Assembly: GCA_963762565.1 (NCBI GenBank) | Contig: CAVXLD010000001.1 | Location: forward strand, 928,001 to 992,000 | DNA length: 64,000 bases | Reading direction: 5' to 3' | From: an uncultured Verrucomicrobiae bacterium | Lineage (GTDB): Bacteria; Verrucomicrobiota; Verrucomicrobiia; Chthoniobacterales; JAFAMB01 | In this document: piece after piece, positions 19,443-31,086 of the stretch | Position numbering within the stretch: the first letter of the stretch is position 1 | Layout of the letters: every line of letters starts with the position of its first letter | Notes under the pieces: model-generated | Database searches by the model: none | What the model was told of the DNA's origin: nothing | Seen by the model: only the letters and a program-made list of their open reading frames with translations | Made by a program: the position numbers and the translations under genes

Positions 19443-19520
19443 GAGGTGAGAAGTGATTAGTGAGAGGTGACCACGGGGGACCGCCTCTCACTTCTCACCA
19501 ATCACTTCTCACTTCTCACA
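19431..19520. repeat. Inverted heptamer arrays (GTGAGAA)n / (TTCTCAC)n between convergent hisD and atpC
   Basis: Read directly. The hisD stop codon lies inside the left array. Confidence 0.85.
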
Positions 19521-19934
19521 CTAGTGTTCGCGCCGTCTTCGCTTGAAACGCAACTGGGCAATGGAACGAGCTAGCGCCGCTTCAACTTCCGCAGTGTCGT
19601 CAGAGGAAAGGTTCTTATCCTTTAGAGCCGCTTGAGCCCGGTTGATCGCATCTTGCGTAGCATTCTCATCGATTTCCTCTTCGCCGAGCGCGCTATCGGT
19701 AAGAACCGAGACACTTTCACCGGTGACTTCAATAAATCCAGAGCCAACCACCAACTCCTTGGTATTACCCTCTTTGATGATCCGCAGCTCACCGGGCAGC
19801 AACTGAGTCATCAAAGGCACGTGCGCCGGATAGACCCCGATCTCGCCCTCTATCGAGGGTAGGACCACCATCGTAACATCATCCGAATATGCCCGACCTT
19901 CCGGGGTCACAATCTCCAGCTTCAAGGTGGCCAT
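19521..19934 (-). CDS. atpC: ATP synthase F1 epsilon subunit
   Basis: LEIVTPEG, GEIGVYPAH; operon position. Confidence 0.95.
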   Translation of the reverse strand: MATLKLEIVTPEGRAYSDDVTMVVLPSIEGEIGVYPAHVPLMTQLLPGELRIIKEGNTKELVVGSGFIEVTGESVSVLTDSALGEEEIDENATQDAINRAQAALKDKNLSSDDTAEVEAALARSIAQLRFKRRRREH

Positions 19935-19946
19935 GACAATGCTAGC

Positions 19947-21374
<1,428 letters not shown>

Positions 21375-22223
21375 TTATTGCACTGCGAGTTGAGCGGTGG
21401 TGATTTCTAGCAACTCTGTCGTAATACTGGCTTGCCGGACCTTGTTATATTCCAAGGTAAGGTCTTTCACTAACTGCTTCGCGTTATCTGTCGCATTCTT
21501 CATCGCAACCATGCGGGCGCTGTGTTCAGAGGCTCGAGCCTCGAGCGCCATCTGGTAGATCTCGTAACCAAGATAATGAGGCAGAATCGCAGCTAAAACC
21601 GCATTCTCGTTCGGTTCAAAAACGAATTCACCGCCCTGCGGTTTTTGCTCAAGGGCGATTTCAGCCGGCGTGATCGGCAGTAGCCGATGAAAAGTCGGCT
21701 GCTGATTCAAAGTATTAACAAACTTCGGGTAAAGGATCCGCACCTGATCAACGTCACGGCTCAAGAACTTCTCCGCGCAAAAGGTGGCTACCGGCCGGAC
21801 CTCCCGGAACCGCGGAATTTCACTGGCGGGAAAGTCTGCCAACAAGTCTCTCCGAGTTCGGGATAAAAACTGGACTCCTTTTTTCCCCACGGTGACAAAG
21901 CCAGCGTTGACTGAATCAACCGTCGACAACTCCCGGAATAAATTCGTGTTTAAAGGCCCGCAAAGTCCTTTGTCGGTACTGATCACGACGATCAACTCGC
22001 GGTGCACCGGGCGTTCCTCTAATAAAGGATTCTCCCGAGGATCAACCTTGCCATGAAGAGCGCCCAGTACTCGGTCCAGCGCTTCCTGATAGGGCCGTCC
22101 GGCCAGCGCGGTGGCCTGCGCCTTTCGCATCTTGGAGGCGGCCACCATTTGCATCGCTTTGGTGATCTGGGCAGTATTTTTGACTGACCGGATCCTGCGC
22201 CGAATGTCCAGCGTGTTAGCCAT
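21375..22223 (-). CDS. atpG: ATP synthase F1 gamma subunit
   Basis: ITKAMQMVAASK, DKGLCG and RQASITTEL motifs. Confidence 0.97.
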   Translation of the reverse strand: MANTLDIRRRIRSVKNTAQITKAMQMVAASKMRKAQATALAGRPYQEALDRVLGALHGKVDPRENPLLEERPVHRELIVVISTDKGLCGPLNTNLFRELSTVDSVNAGFVTVGKKGVQFLSRTRRDLLADFPASEIPRFREVRPVATFCAEKFLSRDVDQVRILYPKFVNTLNQQPTFHRLLPITPAEIALEQKPQGGEFVFEPNENAVLAAILPHYLGYEIYQMALEARASEHSARMVAMKNATDNAKQLVKDLTLEYNKVRQASITTELLEITTAQLAVQ

Positions 22224-22270
22224 TTGCTATAGAGATTTCGCTCTTATGAAGCTGGAAATGATCTGAACCA

Positions 22271-23806
22271 TTACGGCTTGTAGAAGGATTTGAAATCCTT
22301 CATCGCGGCTTGGAGTTGTTGGTCGAGCTCTTTGTCGATTGCTAACTTCTCTATCACCACCTTGAGCACATCCTCTTTCCGCGTCCGGAAATAATCCGCC
22401 ATCTTTTCCTGGCAATCCTTCACCTTGTCCACTGGGACATCGTCAAAGTATCCCTTCTGCATGGCAAATAACAGGACCACTTCCATTTCGACCGGAAACG
22501 GGGTGTATTGAACCTGCTTAAATAGCTCAACAACTCGCTGACCGCGGTCTAGCTTCTTCCTCGTGCCCGGATCAACATCGGAACCGAATTGAGCAAAGGC
22601 TTGCAGATCGCGAAACTGGGCTAAATCCAGCTTGATCGACCCCGCCACTTGCTTGACGGCCTTAATTTGCGCGGCCGAACCAACTCTGCTAACCGAAATT
22701 CCGACCGAGATAGCCGGACGTACTCCTTGGTAGAATAGGTCCGTTTCTAGATAAATCTGCCCGTCGGTAATAGAGATAACATTGGTGGGAATATAAGCAG
22801 ACACGTCGCCCGCCTGGGTTTCGACGACCGGCAGGGCGGTCAAAGAGCCACCTCCCTCCTTTTCACTGAGCCGGGCAGCGCGTTCCAACAACCGGGAGTG
22901 AAGATAGAACACATCCCCGGGATAAGCCTCCCTTCCCGAAGGCCGCTTCAGGACGAGTGAAACTTGCCGGTAAGCTGCGGCGTGCTTCGAGAGATCATCA
23001 TAGACGATGAGGGCATCCATGCCATTGTCCATAAACCATTCGCCAATAGCGGCTCCGGCGTACGGAGCAATGTACTGATTCGTAGCGCTTTCTCCCGCGG
23101 GTGCTGAGACTACAACCGTGTACGGCATCGCTCCCGCCTTATCCAGAATATCGATCGTCCTAGCAACACTCATGTTCTTTTGGCCGATGGCGACGTAAAT
23201 GCAGTAAAGCGGCTTATGGTTTTTGAGACGACCTTCTTCGGCAGCGCGATTGAGCTTTGCTTGGCTGATAATGGTGTCCACTGCTACGGTTGTTTTGCCG
23301 GTAGCACGATCACCGATAATCAGTTCGCGCTGGCCTCGGCCGATCGGGATCATCGCGTCGATCGCCAGAATTCCGGTCTGCACTGGGACGCTCACGCTGC
23401 GCCTTTTGATGATGCCGGGCGCTATCTTTTCGACCGGATAACTAATATCCGATTTGATCGGGCCTTTGCCGTCGATCGGTTGGCCTAGAGCGTTGACCAC
23501 TCGACCGAGCAAGCCCTTGCCCACGGGAACCGATAACAATCGCCCAGTGGTCCGTACCTCTGAGCCTTCCTTAATCTCTTCGGAATCACCCAGCAGAATC
23601 GCACCGACTTCGTCCTCCTCGAGGTTTAAAGCTAGACCATACAGGCCGCCCGGAAACTCGAGCATCTCGTTCAGCATCACATCGCTCAACCCCTCGAGTT
23701 TCGCGACTCCATCACCCACCTCCCGAACGGTCCCAACGTTAGACCTTGTGGTGTCCGCCTTCAGTCCGGCGATCGTGGTTTCTAGCTCTTCAAGGATGGT
23801 GCTCAT
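22271..23806 (-). CDS. atpA: ATP synthase F1 alpha subunit
   Basis: GDRATGKT and [19 protein letters not shown] motifs. Confidence 0.98.
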   Translation of the reverse strand: MSTILEELETTIAGLKADTTRSNVGTVREVGDGVAKLEGLSDVMLNEMLEFPGGLYGLALNLEEDEVGAILLGDSEEIKEGSEVRTTGRLLSVPVGKGLLGRVVNALGQPIDGKGPIKSDISYPVEKIAPGIIKRRSVSVPVQTGILAIDAMIPIGRGQRELIIGDRATGKTTVAVDTIISQAKLNRAAEEGRLKNHKPLYCIYVAIGQKNMSVARTIDILDKAGAMPYTVVVSAPAGESATNQYIAPYAGAAIGEWFMDNGMDALIVYDDLSKHAAAYRQVSLVLKRPSGREAYPGDVFYLHSRLLERAARLSEKEGGGSLTALPVVETQAGDVSAYIPTNVISITDGQIYLETDLFYQGVRPAISVGISVSRVGSAAQIKAVKQVAGSIKLDLAQFRDLQAFAQFGSDVDPGTRKKLDRGQRVVELFKQVQYTPFPVEMEVVLLFAMQKGYFDDVPVDKVKDCQEKMADYFRTRKEDVLKVVIEKLAIDKELDQQLQAAMKDFKSFYKP

Positions 23807-23815
23807 CTTACCTGA

Positions 23816-24208
23816 TTAAATCTGTTCCTGCAGGGTACGGAGGCGACTGCGGACTGACCCGTCCCAGACATCGTCTCCTAATTTGACACGTAAGCCGCCC
23901 AGCAAGGTTGAGTTGGTCTTAAATTCGATCGTCAGATCATCACCATACCGAGCTTTCAACTTGGTCACTAACAGGTTGCTTAAGTTCGAGTTTAAAGCGG
24001 TCGCGCTTTCTACTACAGCATGATGCTTCGCTACCTCCAGCCGCAGGAGCCGTTGGTAGTCCTTCAGTACCTCCCCGAAATGCCGGGGCTTTTCAGTTAA
24101 GACAGTTTGCACCACTTGATTAACCTTGTGTTCATCCAATTTCCCGTCTGTGAAACTAAGCTTGAGCAGCTGCCGGGACGTTTCCCGGGCTTCTTTCGTC
24201 GTTCTCAT
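23816..24208 (-). CDS. atpH: ATP synthase F1 delta subunit (short form)
   Basis: LLGGLRVKLGDDVWDGSV C-terminal motif; operon position. Confidence 0.9.
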   Translation of the reverse strand: MRTTKEARETSRQLLKLSFTDGKLDEHKVNQVVQTVLTEKPRHFGEVLKDYQRLLRLEVAKHHAVVESATALNSNLSNLLVTKLKARYGDDLTIEFKTNSTLLGGLRVKLGDDVWDGSVRSRLRTLQEQI

Positions 24209-24213
24209 GGCAA

Positions 24214-24723
24214 TTAGGCCGCGATTTGCCGGGCCGATTCTTCGTTGATTTTCTGATGATCCTGCGGGGTTAAAATTTTCTGGGTTACTTTCTCCGTGGT
24301 CTCGGCTACCAGACGGCCAACCTCCTTTTTCAATTCGGCCAAGTTCCGTTCGCGCTCCAGGCTGAGAGATTCATGAGTCCTCCGAATGATCTCTTGGGCT
24401 TCAGCAAGGGCAGCCTGCCGTTTCTCGTCAGCGAGTTTCTCGCCACTGGCCTTCACTTCTTCAATCAAGCGCTGAGCCTCCGCATTTGCCCGAGCCAGCG
24501 TCTCCTCGTACTTCGCTTGGGCCTCGGCCAGCTGTTGTTTGATCCTTTCTGCGTTGATCTGGCCTTCCTCGATTCGCCGTCGCCTTTCTTCGAGCATCGC
24601 CATGATCGGCTTGAAGGCGAACTTGCTCAAAACCCAATAAACAATGAAGAAAAGAACGATCTGGGCGATCAGGTTGGGCCAATAGACTCCAAACTGTTCG
24701 GCGACGTTGCTGGCGGCGTCCAT
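24214..24723 (-). CDS. atpF: ATP synthase F0 subunit b
   Basis: N-terminal TM, KPI..LEERRRRI, coiled coil. Confidence 0.93.
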   Translation of the reverse strand: MDAASNVAEQFGVYWPNLIAQIVLFFIVYWVLSKFAFKPIMAMLEERRRRIEEGQINAERIKQQLAEAQAKYEETLARANAEAQRLIEEVKASGEKLADEKRQAALAEAQEIIRRTHESLSLERERNLAELKKEVGRLVAETTEKVTQKILTPQDHQKINEESARQIAA

Positions 24724-24818
24724 AGATCAAAGAGCGGGTATTGGGGGGGCTGTGGGGAAGTTTCGCCGCCGCTTCGCAATGGCGCGACGGATTTTCCCCA
24801 CAGCAGTACAGTTATTAT

Positions 24819-25076
24819 TTATTTAACGAAAGCAACGACCAAACCGTAAATGGCGATGGCTTCCGCCAATGCCATACCGATGATCGCCATGGTCAAAATG
24901 TTGCCAAATGCGCCCGGGTTGCGCCCTACGGCTTCCGCCGCCTTTGCTCCAACCAAACCGACGCCGATACCTGCTCCGCCGCCGGCGAAAGCAAGGGGCA
25001 AGGTCGCGGCAATGTTCCCGCCTTGTGCTGCGTCCGCTAGCATCGGCGCTAGCATCGGGAGTAGTTCTAATGTCAT
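24819..25076 (-). CDS. atpE: ATP synthase F0 subunit c
   Basis: GxGxG repeats, RNP loop and LAEA carboxylate. Confidence 0.95.
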   Translation of the reverse strand: MTLELLPMLAPMLADAAQGGNIAATLPLAFAGGGAGIGVGLVGAKAAEAVGRNPGAFGNILTMAIIGMALAEAIAIYGLVVAFVK

Positions 25077-25164
25077 AATCTTTGTCTTCTCTATCTCTTG
25101 GGGTTGTTTCTATCGGATGCTCTTACCGCCCACGCTCTTGGATGGTCCCGGTAAGAAATTCATT

Positions 25165-26022
25165 TCAGTGGCCTGAACCTCCTCCCGGTTCGGCATGGCC
25201 AGTCGAGAGCCGGATGTAAACTCCGCACAGCGCCGAGAAGACCAAAGCCTGCAGAACCCCTACCAGCAGCTCGAGAAAAAAGAACGGCAACGGAAAAATC
25301 ACCGACGTTATCCAGTTCAGGGGGATCGGCAGCGCGGCGCCCAGGTTGGTCATCGTATGCAGAAGCGTCTCGCCCGCGAAAATATTACCAAAAAGCCGGA
25401 GCGATAGGGAGACCGGCCGCAAGAGGATTGAGAGGACTTCAATTACTCCGACGAACAAGAAAATCACCACTAAGAACGGCCCCAGGGCGCCTTTGACTTC
25501 GCCTTTGGGACCGAAGATCTCTTTGATCAAGCCAAGGATACCTACATCGCGGAGGGTCCAAAAGAGCCACAAGATCATAAACATGACCGCCATCCCCAGC
25601 GTCATGTTTAGGTCGGCGTCCGCCGGCCGCAACAGGGGCCGATCGATTTGGGTAAGGCTCCAGAGGCCGGGACCTGGCTTACCAAACCCAATGCTTCCTA
25701 CTCCTGGCACCAGACCGAACCAATTCGCCGCGCAAATAAAAATAAAAAGTGTCGCGACCACCGGGAACACTTTTGAGATCATGTGCCGGCCGACGATGTT
25801 CTCAAAAGTTGCGTAAAGCGTTTCGACGAGCGCTTCGATGAAGTTCTGTGCTCCGGCCGGCACTAGGGCCATTTTGCGGGTAGCGGCGCGCGCCCCGATC
25901 ACGATCAGGACAGTCACAATCACCGTGAAAATAAACGAGTTGGTGAACCAGCCCTGACTCGGCCAAAGAGAGTTTGGCTGCACCGTGATTTCACCGGCTG
26001 CGAGGATGATTGTGGCCTGCAT
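25165..26022 (-). CDS. atpB: ATP synthase F0 subunit a
   Basis: RPVSLSLRLFGNIFAGE and LQALVF motifs. Confidence 0.95.
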   Translation of the reverse strand: MQATIILAAGEITVQPNSLWPSQGWFTNSFIFTVIVTVLIVIGARAATRKMALVPAGAQNFIEALVETLYATFENIVGRHMISKVFPVVATLFIFICAANWFGLVPGVGSIGFGKPGPGLWSLTQIDRPLLRPADADLNMTLGMAVMFMILWLFWTLRDVGILGLIKEIFGPKGEVKGALGPFLVVIFLFVGVIEVLSILLRPVSLSLRLFGNIFAGETLLHTMTNLGAALPIPLNWITSVIFPLPFFFLELLVGVLQALVFSALCGVYIRLSTGHAEPGGGSGH

Positions 26023-26153
26023 AAATAAAGGGGTACTTCACCGGCCTGAAGACAATAGTCCTGCATCTTTAAACAGCAAAAGACAAAGAACGCCTAAAGG
26101 CCGAAGGGGTAGGCTCGGTAAAAAAGCAACACAGGGCCGTTATGGCAAGTAAT

Positions 26154-26171
26154 TTGTGAAACTTTTCACAA
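26154..26171. promoter_or_regulatory. Perfect TTGTGAA-N4-TTCACAA operator (Rex-type; also fits CRP TGTGA-N6-TCACA)
   Basis: Sequence TTGTGAAACTTTTCACAA, about 130 bp upstream of atpB. Confidence 0.7.
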
Positions 26172-26183
26172 GGAAAGAGCCGA

Positions 26184-26330
26184 GGTTCTAGGTTTTAAGT
26201 TTCAAGTTTTAGGTTTTAACTCTCGTCTAAGGATCGCGAGGACGCTGATAAGGACCGCGTGGACGCCGTGTGCCTTTCGCAGGCGAAACCTCTAACCTAA
26301 AACCTCCAACCTAAAACCTATAACTTGTAA
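26184..26330. repeat. Inverted heptamer arrays (TTTAGGT-like)n / (AACCTAA-like)n
   Basis: aggttctaggttttaagtttcaagttttaggtttt ... aaacctctaacctaaaacctccaacctaaaacctataactt. Confidence 0.75.
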
Positions 26331-26335
26331 CCCTC

Positions 26336-27520
26336 GTGCGCCGGCTCGCCTATCTGTTTGAAAGGTTCCCCGCGTTCACAAAGACCTTTTGTGCTCGCGA
26401 AGTGGCGGAACTCTATAGCCAAAACCTCCGGGTTCCGGTCTTTTCGATTCGCAGACCTAACGACGACCGACCGCTGAATATCCCGCTGGACGGCGTCGAT
26501 ATCCGCTATCTACCCGATTCTAATAGCCTGCGGTTCAAGGTGTTAACCCGCCTCGCCGCAAAACGGTTCTCTCACATCTGGAACCCGAAACAGGACCCCA
26601 GGGACAAACATCGTTTTTATGAGGCGCTTCATTTGGGTCCATTGCTCGAAAAGGAAGGAGTTACTGCGCTACACGCCCATTTTGCCGGTATGGCGGCGCG
26701 CACAGCTTGGTGGATAAAGCGGCTGTTCGGGATTCCGTACAGCTTCACAGGCCACGCTAACGACATTTTTGTCGAAAAGCCGGATCAACGGTTGCCGCTC
26801 GCACAGTTGATCCAAGACGCGGAGTTTGTAGCTACCGAGACCGAATTCAGCACCCAATACCTGCAATCGAAGTTCCCTGAATCTGGCGGCAAGGTTCATC
26901 GGGTTTATAACGGGATCAACCTGGACCCATTTCGGCCAGCTGATCCGGCCGCCGGCTCGCTCGAAATGATCGCGATCGGCCGCCTGATTCCCAAGAAAGG
27001 CTTCGAGATACTGATTCACGCATGTAACATGTTGGTTTCTAGAGGGTTAAATCTGCATTGCCGAATCGTGGGAGCGGGCCCCGAACATGTTCCATTACGC
27101 CAATTAATCGACCAGTTCCGGCTCGAGAAGTTCGTCGAGCTCGTTGGCCCGAAAGCTCAGCCGGAGATAGTCGAATTGCTGGCTCGAAGCAATCTTTTCG
27201 TGTTTCCAGCAGTCGAAGACGGCACCGGCGATCGAGACAATCTCCCAACCGTGATCATTGAGGCAATGGCGAGCGGTCTACCCGTAGTTGCAACCGGACT
27301 AGGCGGGATCGGCGAAATCGTGACCCACAAATCCAACGGTCTCATCGTCCCTGAGAAGGACCCCGACGCGCTAGCAGATGCGATCGCTTTCCTCGCTGAA
27401 CATGCCCAACTTAGACAGACCTACGGTCAAAACGGTTTGGCGGTTGTTAAGGAAAAGTTCACGGTGGAAACGACGGTCAGAGGACTGGTTGAGCTATTCC
27501 GGCAGTACTTCCGGGAATAG
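26336..27520 (+). CDS. Glycosyltransferase family 4 (WcaL-like)
   Basis: LHAHFA, SFTGHANDIF, GRLIPKKG and DNLPTVIIEAMASGLPVV motifs. Confidence 0.9.
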   Translation: MRRLAYLFERFPAFTKTFCAREVAELYSQNLRVPVFSIRRPNDDRPLNIPLDGVDIRYLPDSNSLRFKVLTRLAAKRFSHIWNPKQDPRDKHRFYEALHLGPLLEKEGVTALHAHFAGMAARTAWWIKRLFGIPYSFTGHANDIFVEKPDQRLPLAQLIQDAEFVATETEFSTQYLQSKFPESGGKVHRVYNGINLDPFRPADPAAGSLEMIAIGRLIPKKGFEILIHACNMLVSRGLNLHCRIVGAGPEHVPLRQLIDQFRLEKFVELVGPKAQPEIVELLARSNLFVFPAVEDGTGDRDNLPTVIIEAMASGLPVVATGLGGIGEIVTHKSNGLIVPEKDPDALADAIAFLAEHAQLRQTYGQNGLAVVKEKFTVETTVRGLVELFRQYFRE

Positions 27521-27660
27521 CCAATAGCCAATAGAGCGCGCAGGGAGATCGGCAAGCGAGTGGACCGGAGTGGACGGCGTGGACAGAGTGGACGAACCAC
27601 CCCAGCACTCCAATACTTCCGCCACTCCAACACTCCGGTTGTTCTGGTTTGGCTATTCTC
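27515..27660. repeat. Cluster of short tandem arrays (AATAGCC, GAGTGGAC, CACTCCA types)
   Basis: Read directly. The glycosyltransferase stop TAG lies in the first AATAGCC unit. Confidence 0.7.
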
Positions 27661-27689
27661 CATCTCCCCGCTAGGTTCTGGTCCAAAGT

Positions 27690-28445
27690 ATGAATGCTCT
27701 GATCCTGGCCGCCGGATACGCCACCCGACTTTACCCGCTCACGCTAAATCGGGCGAAGCCACTGCTCCCGGTAGCGGGAAAGCCGATCATTCAATGGGTG
27801 GTTGAGCAACTTGAGCCGATCACCGATTTAGAAACCGTCTACATCGTGACTAACAACCGGTTTGAGCGTGATTTTGTAGAGTGGGCCAAAACTTATCGCG
27901 CCACCCGTCCGGTCCAGATCGAGGTGATCAACGACGGCTCTAACTCTGATGCGGATAAGCTCGGGGCGATCGGTGATATCTATTTTGCAGCCAACAAGGC
28001 CAATTTATTTTCCGCGGATCTATTGATCGTGGCTGGAGACAATCTGTTTAGCGAATCATTGGCTGGTTTTGCCGAGTTTGGACGTGAGCATCCGGCAACA
28101 TTGGGAGTTTATAACGTCCAAACGCTCGACCAGGCCCGCAAATACAACGAGCTAACCACCAATACCGCCGGCATCATTACCAAGTTCACCGAAAAACCGG
28201 AAAATCCGACGAGTACGATCTGCGGAATCGCGCTGTACTACTATCGGCCGGAAGTCCTCCGCAAACTGAACACCTATATCGCCGAGCGGAATAATCCGGA
28301 TCAACCAGGCCGATTTGTCCAGTGGCTGCACGAGCAAATCGATGTTTTTACCTATCCGATTGCAGGCACTTGGTACGATATTGGCAGCCACGAGACGCTC
28401 TCAGAGGCAAATGAGCTTTTCTCCAAGCCCGGCAAAGGATGCTAA
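27690..28445 (+). CDS. Sugar-phosphate nucleotidyltransferase family protein
   Basis: LILAAGYATRLYPLT..KPLLPV, AGDNL, EKP and WYDIG motifs. Confidence 0.88.
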   Translation: MNALILAAGYATRLYPLTLNRAKPLLPVAGKPIIQWVVEQLEPITDLETVYIVTNNRFERDFVEWAKTYRATRPVQIEVINDGSNSDADKLGAIGDIYFAANKANLFSADLLIVAGDNLFSESLAGFAEFGREHPATLGVYNVQTLDQARKYNELTTNTAGIITKFTEKPENPTSTICGIALYYYRPEVLRKLNTYIAERNNPDQPGRFVQWLHEQIDVFTYPIAGTWYDIGSHETLSEANELFSKPGKGC

Positions 28446-28520
28446 AAACGGGTGATTCCCCTCGCTACGGAGAGGAATTTATGGTTGATTTGGCGACAGC
28501 CGTTTCTTTAATCCCATCCT

Positions 28521-28778
28521 ATGTCCAACGAAAGCAAAGCAAACAGCGCCTTCATGAAACCGGTTCAACCCGATGAAGCGCTGGCAAAAATCGTGGGGTC
28601 CTCTCCGCTTCCAAGAACTGAAGTTACCAAGAAAGTTTGGGAATATATCAAAAAGCACAAGCTGCAGAACAAGAAGCAGATCAAAGCTGACTCTGCGCTC
28701 GAAGCCGTTTTTAACGGTAAGAAAGAAGTCGACATGTTCGAGCTTACGCGTTTGGTTAACACCCACATTGTAAAGTAG
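28521..28778 (+). CDS. Standalone SWIB/MDM2 domain protein
   Basis: LAKIVG..PLPRTEVTKKVWEYIKKHKLQ..MFEL. Confidence 0.9.
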   Translation: MSNESKANSAFMKPVQPDEALAKIVGSSPLPRTEVTKKVWEYIKKHKLQNKKQIKADSALEAVFNGKKEVDMFELTRLVNTHIVK

Positions 28779-28840
28779 TTACCCGGTAAAAACAGGCGAG
28801 GCGGGCCCGAGATCCGTCGGAGGCCAGTTATTGGTATCGT

Positions 28841-29560
28841 GTGTTGTCGTCAATTAAGGCCAAGTTACTCGTCGCGATAGGTACGATTATCGTCCTAGCG
28901 ACGGTAGCTTACTTTTTTCCTTTGGTGCCCGCGCTGGAGCATGTATCCGCGTGGCTTGGAGGACTGGGTCTAATCGGCGCTGCTTTATTTGCGGTCCTAA
29001 TTGCAGCTTCGAGCCTCTGTTTGTTGCCCGCCAGCCCGTTCATTATCGCCGCGTCAGCGGTTTTTGGCTTCTCCCTTGGTTTATTGACTTCTTCGGTTGG
29101 TATTATCTTGGGCGCATCCTCCGGATATTTCCTTTCCCGCCTTTTCCTTCGCAAGGACTTAGCGGATCAGTTAAAGGAGCGGCCAACCTTCAAAGCCATT
29201 GATCAAGCAATTGCCGAAGAAGGCTGGAAAATAGTCTTACTTCTCCGGTTATGCCCAATTCCGTTCGGCTTGGCCAATTATCTTTACGGCCTCACGGCTA
29301 TTCCATTCGTTCCCTATCTCCTTACCAGTTTCCTTGGGGCAGTGCCGGGAATGATCTTATTCTCGCACCTAGGCGCCGCCGGCAAGGCCGGCCTTCAAGC
29401 GCTAGCTGCGGGAAACCTAAACAAGGGTGGCGGTGAACTCGCGTTGCTCGGGCTGAGTTTAGCAGCAGCGATGGTGCTGGTCTTCCTTGTGCCGCGCCTG
29501 GCTCGCCGCGTACTCGAGAAGCGTACAAAGATCACGATCATTCCAGAAGCTAGGAGCTAG
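28841..29560 (+). CDS. TVP38/TMEM64 (VTT/DedA superfamily) membrane protein
   Basis: LLRLCPIPFGLANYLYGLT motif; multiple TM segments. Confidence 0.88.
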   Translation: MLSSIKAKLLVAIGTIIVLATVAYFFPLVPALEHVSAWLGGLGLIGAALFAVLIAASSLCLLPASPFIIAASAVFGFSLGLLTSSVGIILGASSGYFLSRLFLRKDLADQLKERPTFKAIDQAIAEEGWKIVLLLRLCPIPFGLANYLYGLTAIPFVPYLLTSFLGAVPGMILFSHLGAAGKAGLQALAAGNLNKGGGELALLGLSLAAAMVLVFLVPRLARRVLEKRTKITIIPEARS

Positions 29561-29716
29561 AATCTAGGAGTTAGGAGCGAGCGCCGGGCGCTTGACGTGA
29601 CATTATCCTCGTTTCGATAGGCATTTGAACGTCTTTTCGCCCACACGCTGGTGCGCCCTTTCGCCCATTCGATCTCACACGCCCTGCTAGCTCCTGGATT
29701 CTAGCTCCTAGCTCCT
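29545..29716. repeat. Inverted (AGGAGCT)-type heptamer arrays between convergent genes
   Basis: AGAAGCT AGGAGCT AGAATCT AGGAGTT AGGAG (same variant order as at 3525), with its complement at 29687-29716. Confidence 0.85.
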
Positions 29717-31086
29717 CATATCTCGTACTCCCTGTCCGGTTCCGGAACGATCACTTGCGTAGCCGGCAATGCCGTAGCGATCGCCTCTTTAAACCAATCA
29801 AGCGATGGAGGATCACCATGAACCAGAATAACCGTCCTCGGCTTTGTCTTCACGATGTAGGCCATCAGAAGTTCCCGAGGAGCGTGTCCGCTGAAATCGA
29901 ACTCTTCTCGGGTACAGAGCACCGGCAATCGAGAACCGCCCTGCTCCAACTGCAGTAATTCGCCATCCCGCGCAGTCTTTAATTTCCCAGCTGGTGAATC
30001 CGGATCGGCATAACCAACGAAGAAAATCGATTGTTCGGGCCGGTCGACAAAACGACTAGCCATTTGATTCGACAACGTATGCTCGGTCATCATTCCACTA
30101 GAAAGGACGTACAGCCGATTGCGCTGGATCTGAGTGGTGGCTAAATCACGCCCGTTAAGAACAAAAGGAGATAATGTTTCTAGCAATTGGAGACCCTTCA
30201 GGGATAGTTGGGGATTGGCGGCCAGCTGATCGTAGACGACCGTTATCTTTGTGCTGAGGCCGCCAATATAAATTGGCGCTTCCAAGGCAGCGGTGGATCG
30301 GAACCGATGCAGCAGAGCGAGAATTTCTTGAGTCTTACCCAGCGCAAACACAGGGATCAGGACCGAGCCTCCCCGCGCGAACGCGTCAAGAATGCACTGT
30401 AGAAAACGCTCCTCCTCGCCCGCTCGTGAATAATTAGCCCTCAAAGCGCGGTCACCGCGGGTCGTCTCGATGATCAGTACGTCGAGTGGTTCGGTTGGGA
30501 ATTCCGCTCGCCTCTGCAATGTTTGGTCCAGAAAATTGACGTCGCCAGTGTAAAAGATTCTCTGCTCGCCATTTCGGAACAACACGCCAGTCGATCCAAG
30601 AATGTGGCCCGCGTAAAAGAGCTCAAAACTCGTTTCAGTTCCGTTAGACCCCAGCCTCTCGCCGTCGATGCTCCAACGCTGGCCGATCCCGACCTCATGC
30701 CACAGCTCTCTCGATTGATCGGCCTCGCGGTGTGTGAACAAGGGATAGCTACCCAAGTCCAATTCATCTCGCTGGCGGGACATCACATTGACCGAGTTAT
30801 GCAGCATGATCTCACTCAGCCTAGCTGTCGCCGGAGTCATAAAAACTTTCGCCTGCGGCTGACGCCGTGTCAGGACGGGAAGCGACCCAATGTGATCTTG
30901 ATGTGCATGGGTAATAAACACGGCATCCATTTCTCCGTCCGCGACCCGTCGATAATTTGGGAGTGCCTCTTCCCCAAACTTTTTCGGATGAAGACCCGCA
31001 TCTAAAATGATTTTTCGCCCGTTAAGCTCTAAGAAATAGGAGTTCGCGCCAATTTCGTTCTGACGCGCTAGATTTATAAACCGCAT
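29716..31086 (-). CDS. MBL-fold beta-CASP ribonuclease (YSH1/CPSF-like)
   Basis: THAHQDHIG, AGHILGS, YTGD, PVFALGKTQE, FSGHA and LVHGD motifs. Start placed at MRFINL. Confidence 0.9.
   Translation of the reverse strand: MRFINLARQNEIGANSYFLELNGRKIILDAGLHPKKFGEEALPNYRRVADGEMDAVFITHAHQDHIGSLPVLTRRQPQAKVFMTPATARLSEIMLHNSVNVMSRQRDELDLGSYPLFTHREADQSRELWHEVGIGQRWSIDGERLGSNGTETSFELFYAGHILGSTGVLFRNGEQRIFYTGDVNFLDQTLQRRAEFPTEPLDVLIIETTRGDRALRANYSRAGEEERFLQCILDAFARGGSVLIPVFALGKTQEILALLHRFRSTAALEAPIYIGGLSTKITVVYDQLAANPQLSLKGLQLLETLSPFVLNGRDLATTQIQRNRLYVLSSGMMTEHTLSNQMASRFVDRPEQSIFFVGYADPDSPAGKLKTARDGELLQLEQGGSRLPVLCTREEFDFSGHAPRELLMAYIVKTKPRTVILVHGDPPSLDWFKEAIATALPATQVIVPEPDREYEI

Noticed and set aside
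24819..25076. Possible Na+-coupled ATP synthase
   Set aside because: Subunit c lacks the Q and ES/T sodium-ligand signature (it reads V and EA), consistent with ordinary H+ coupling.
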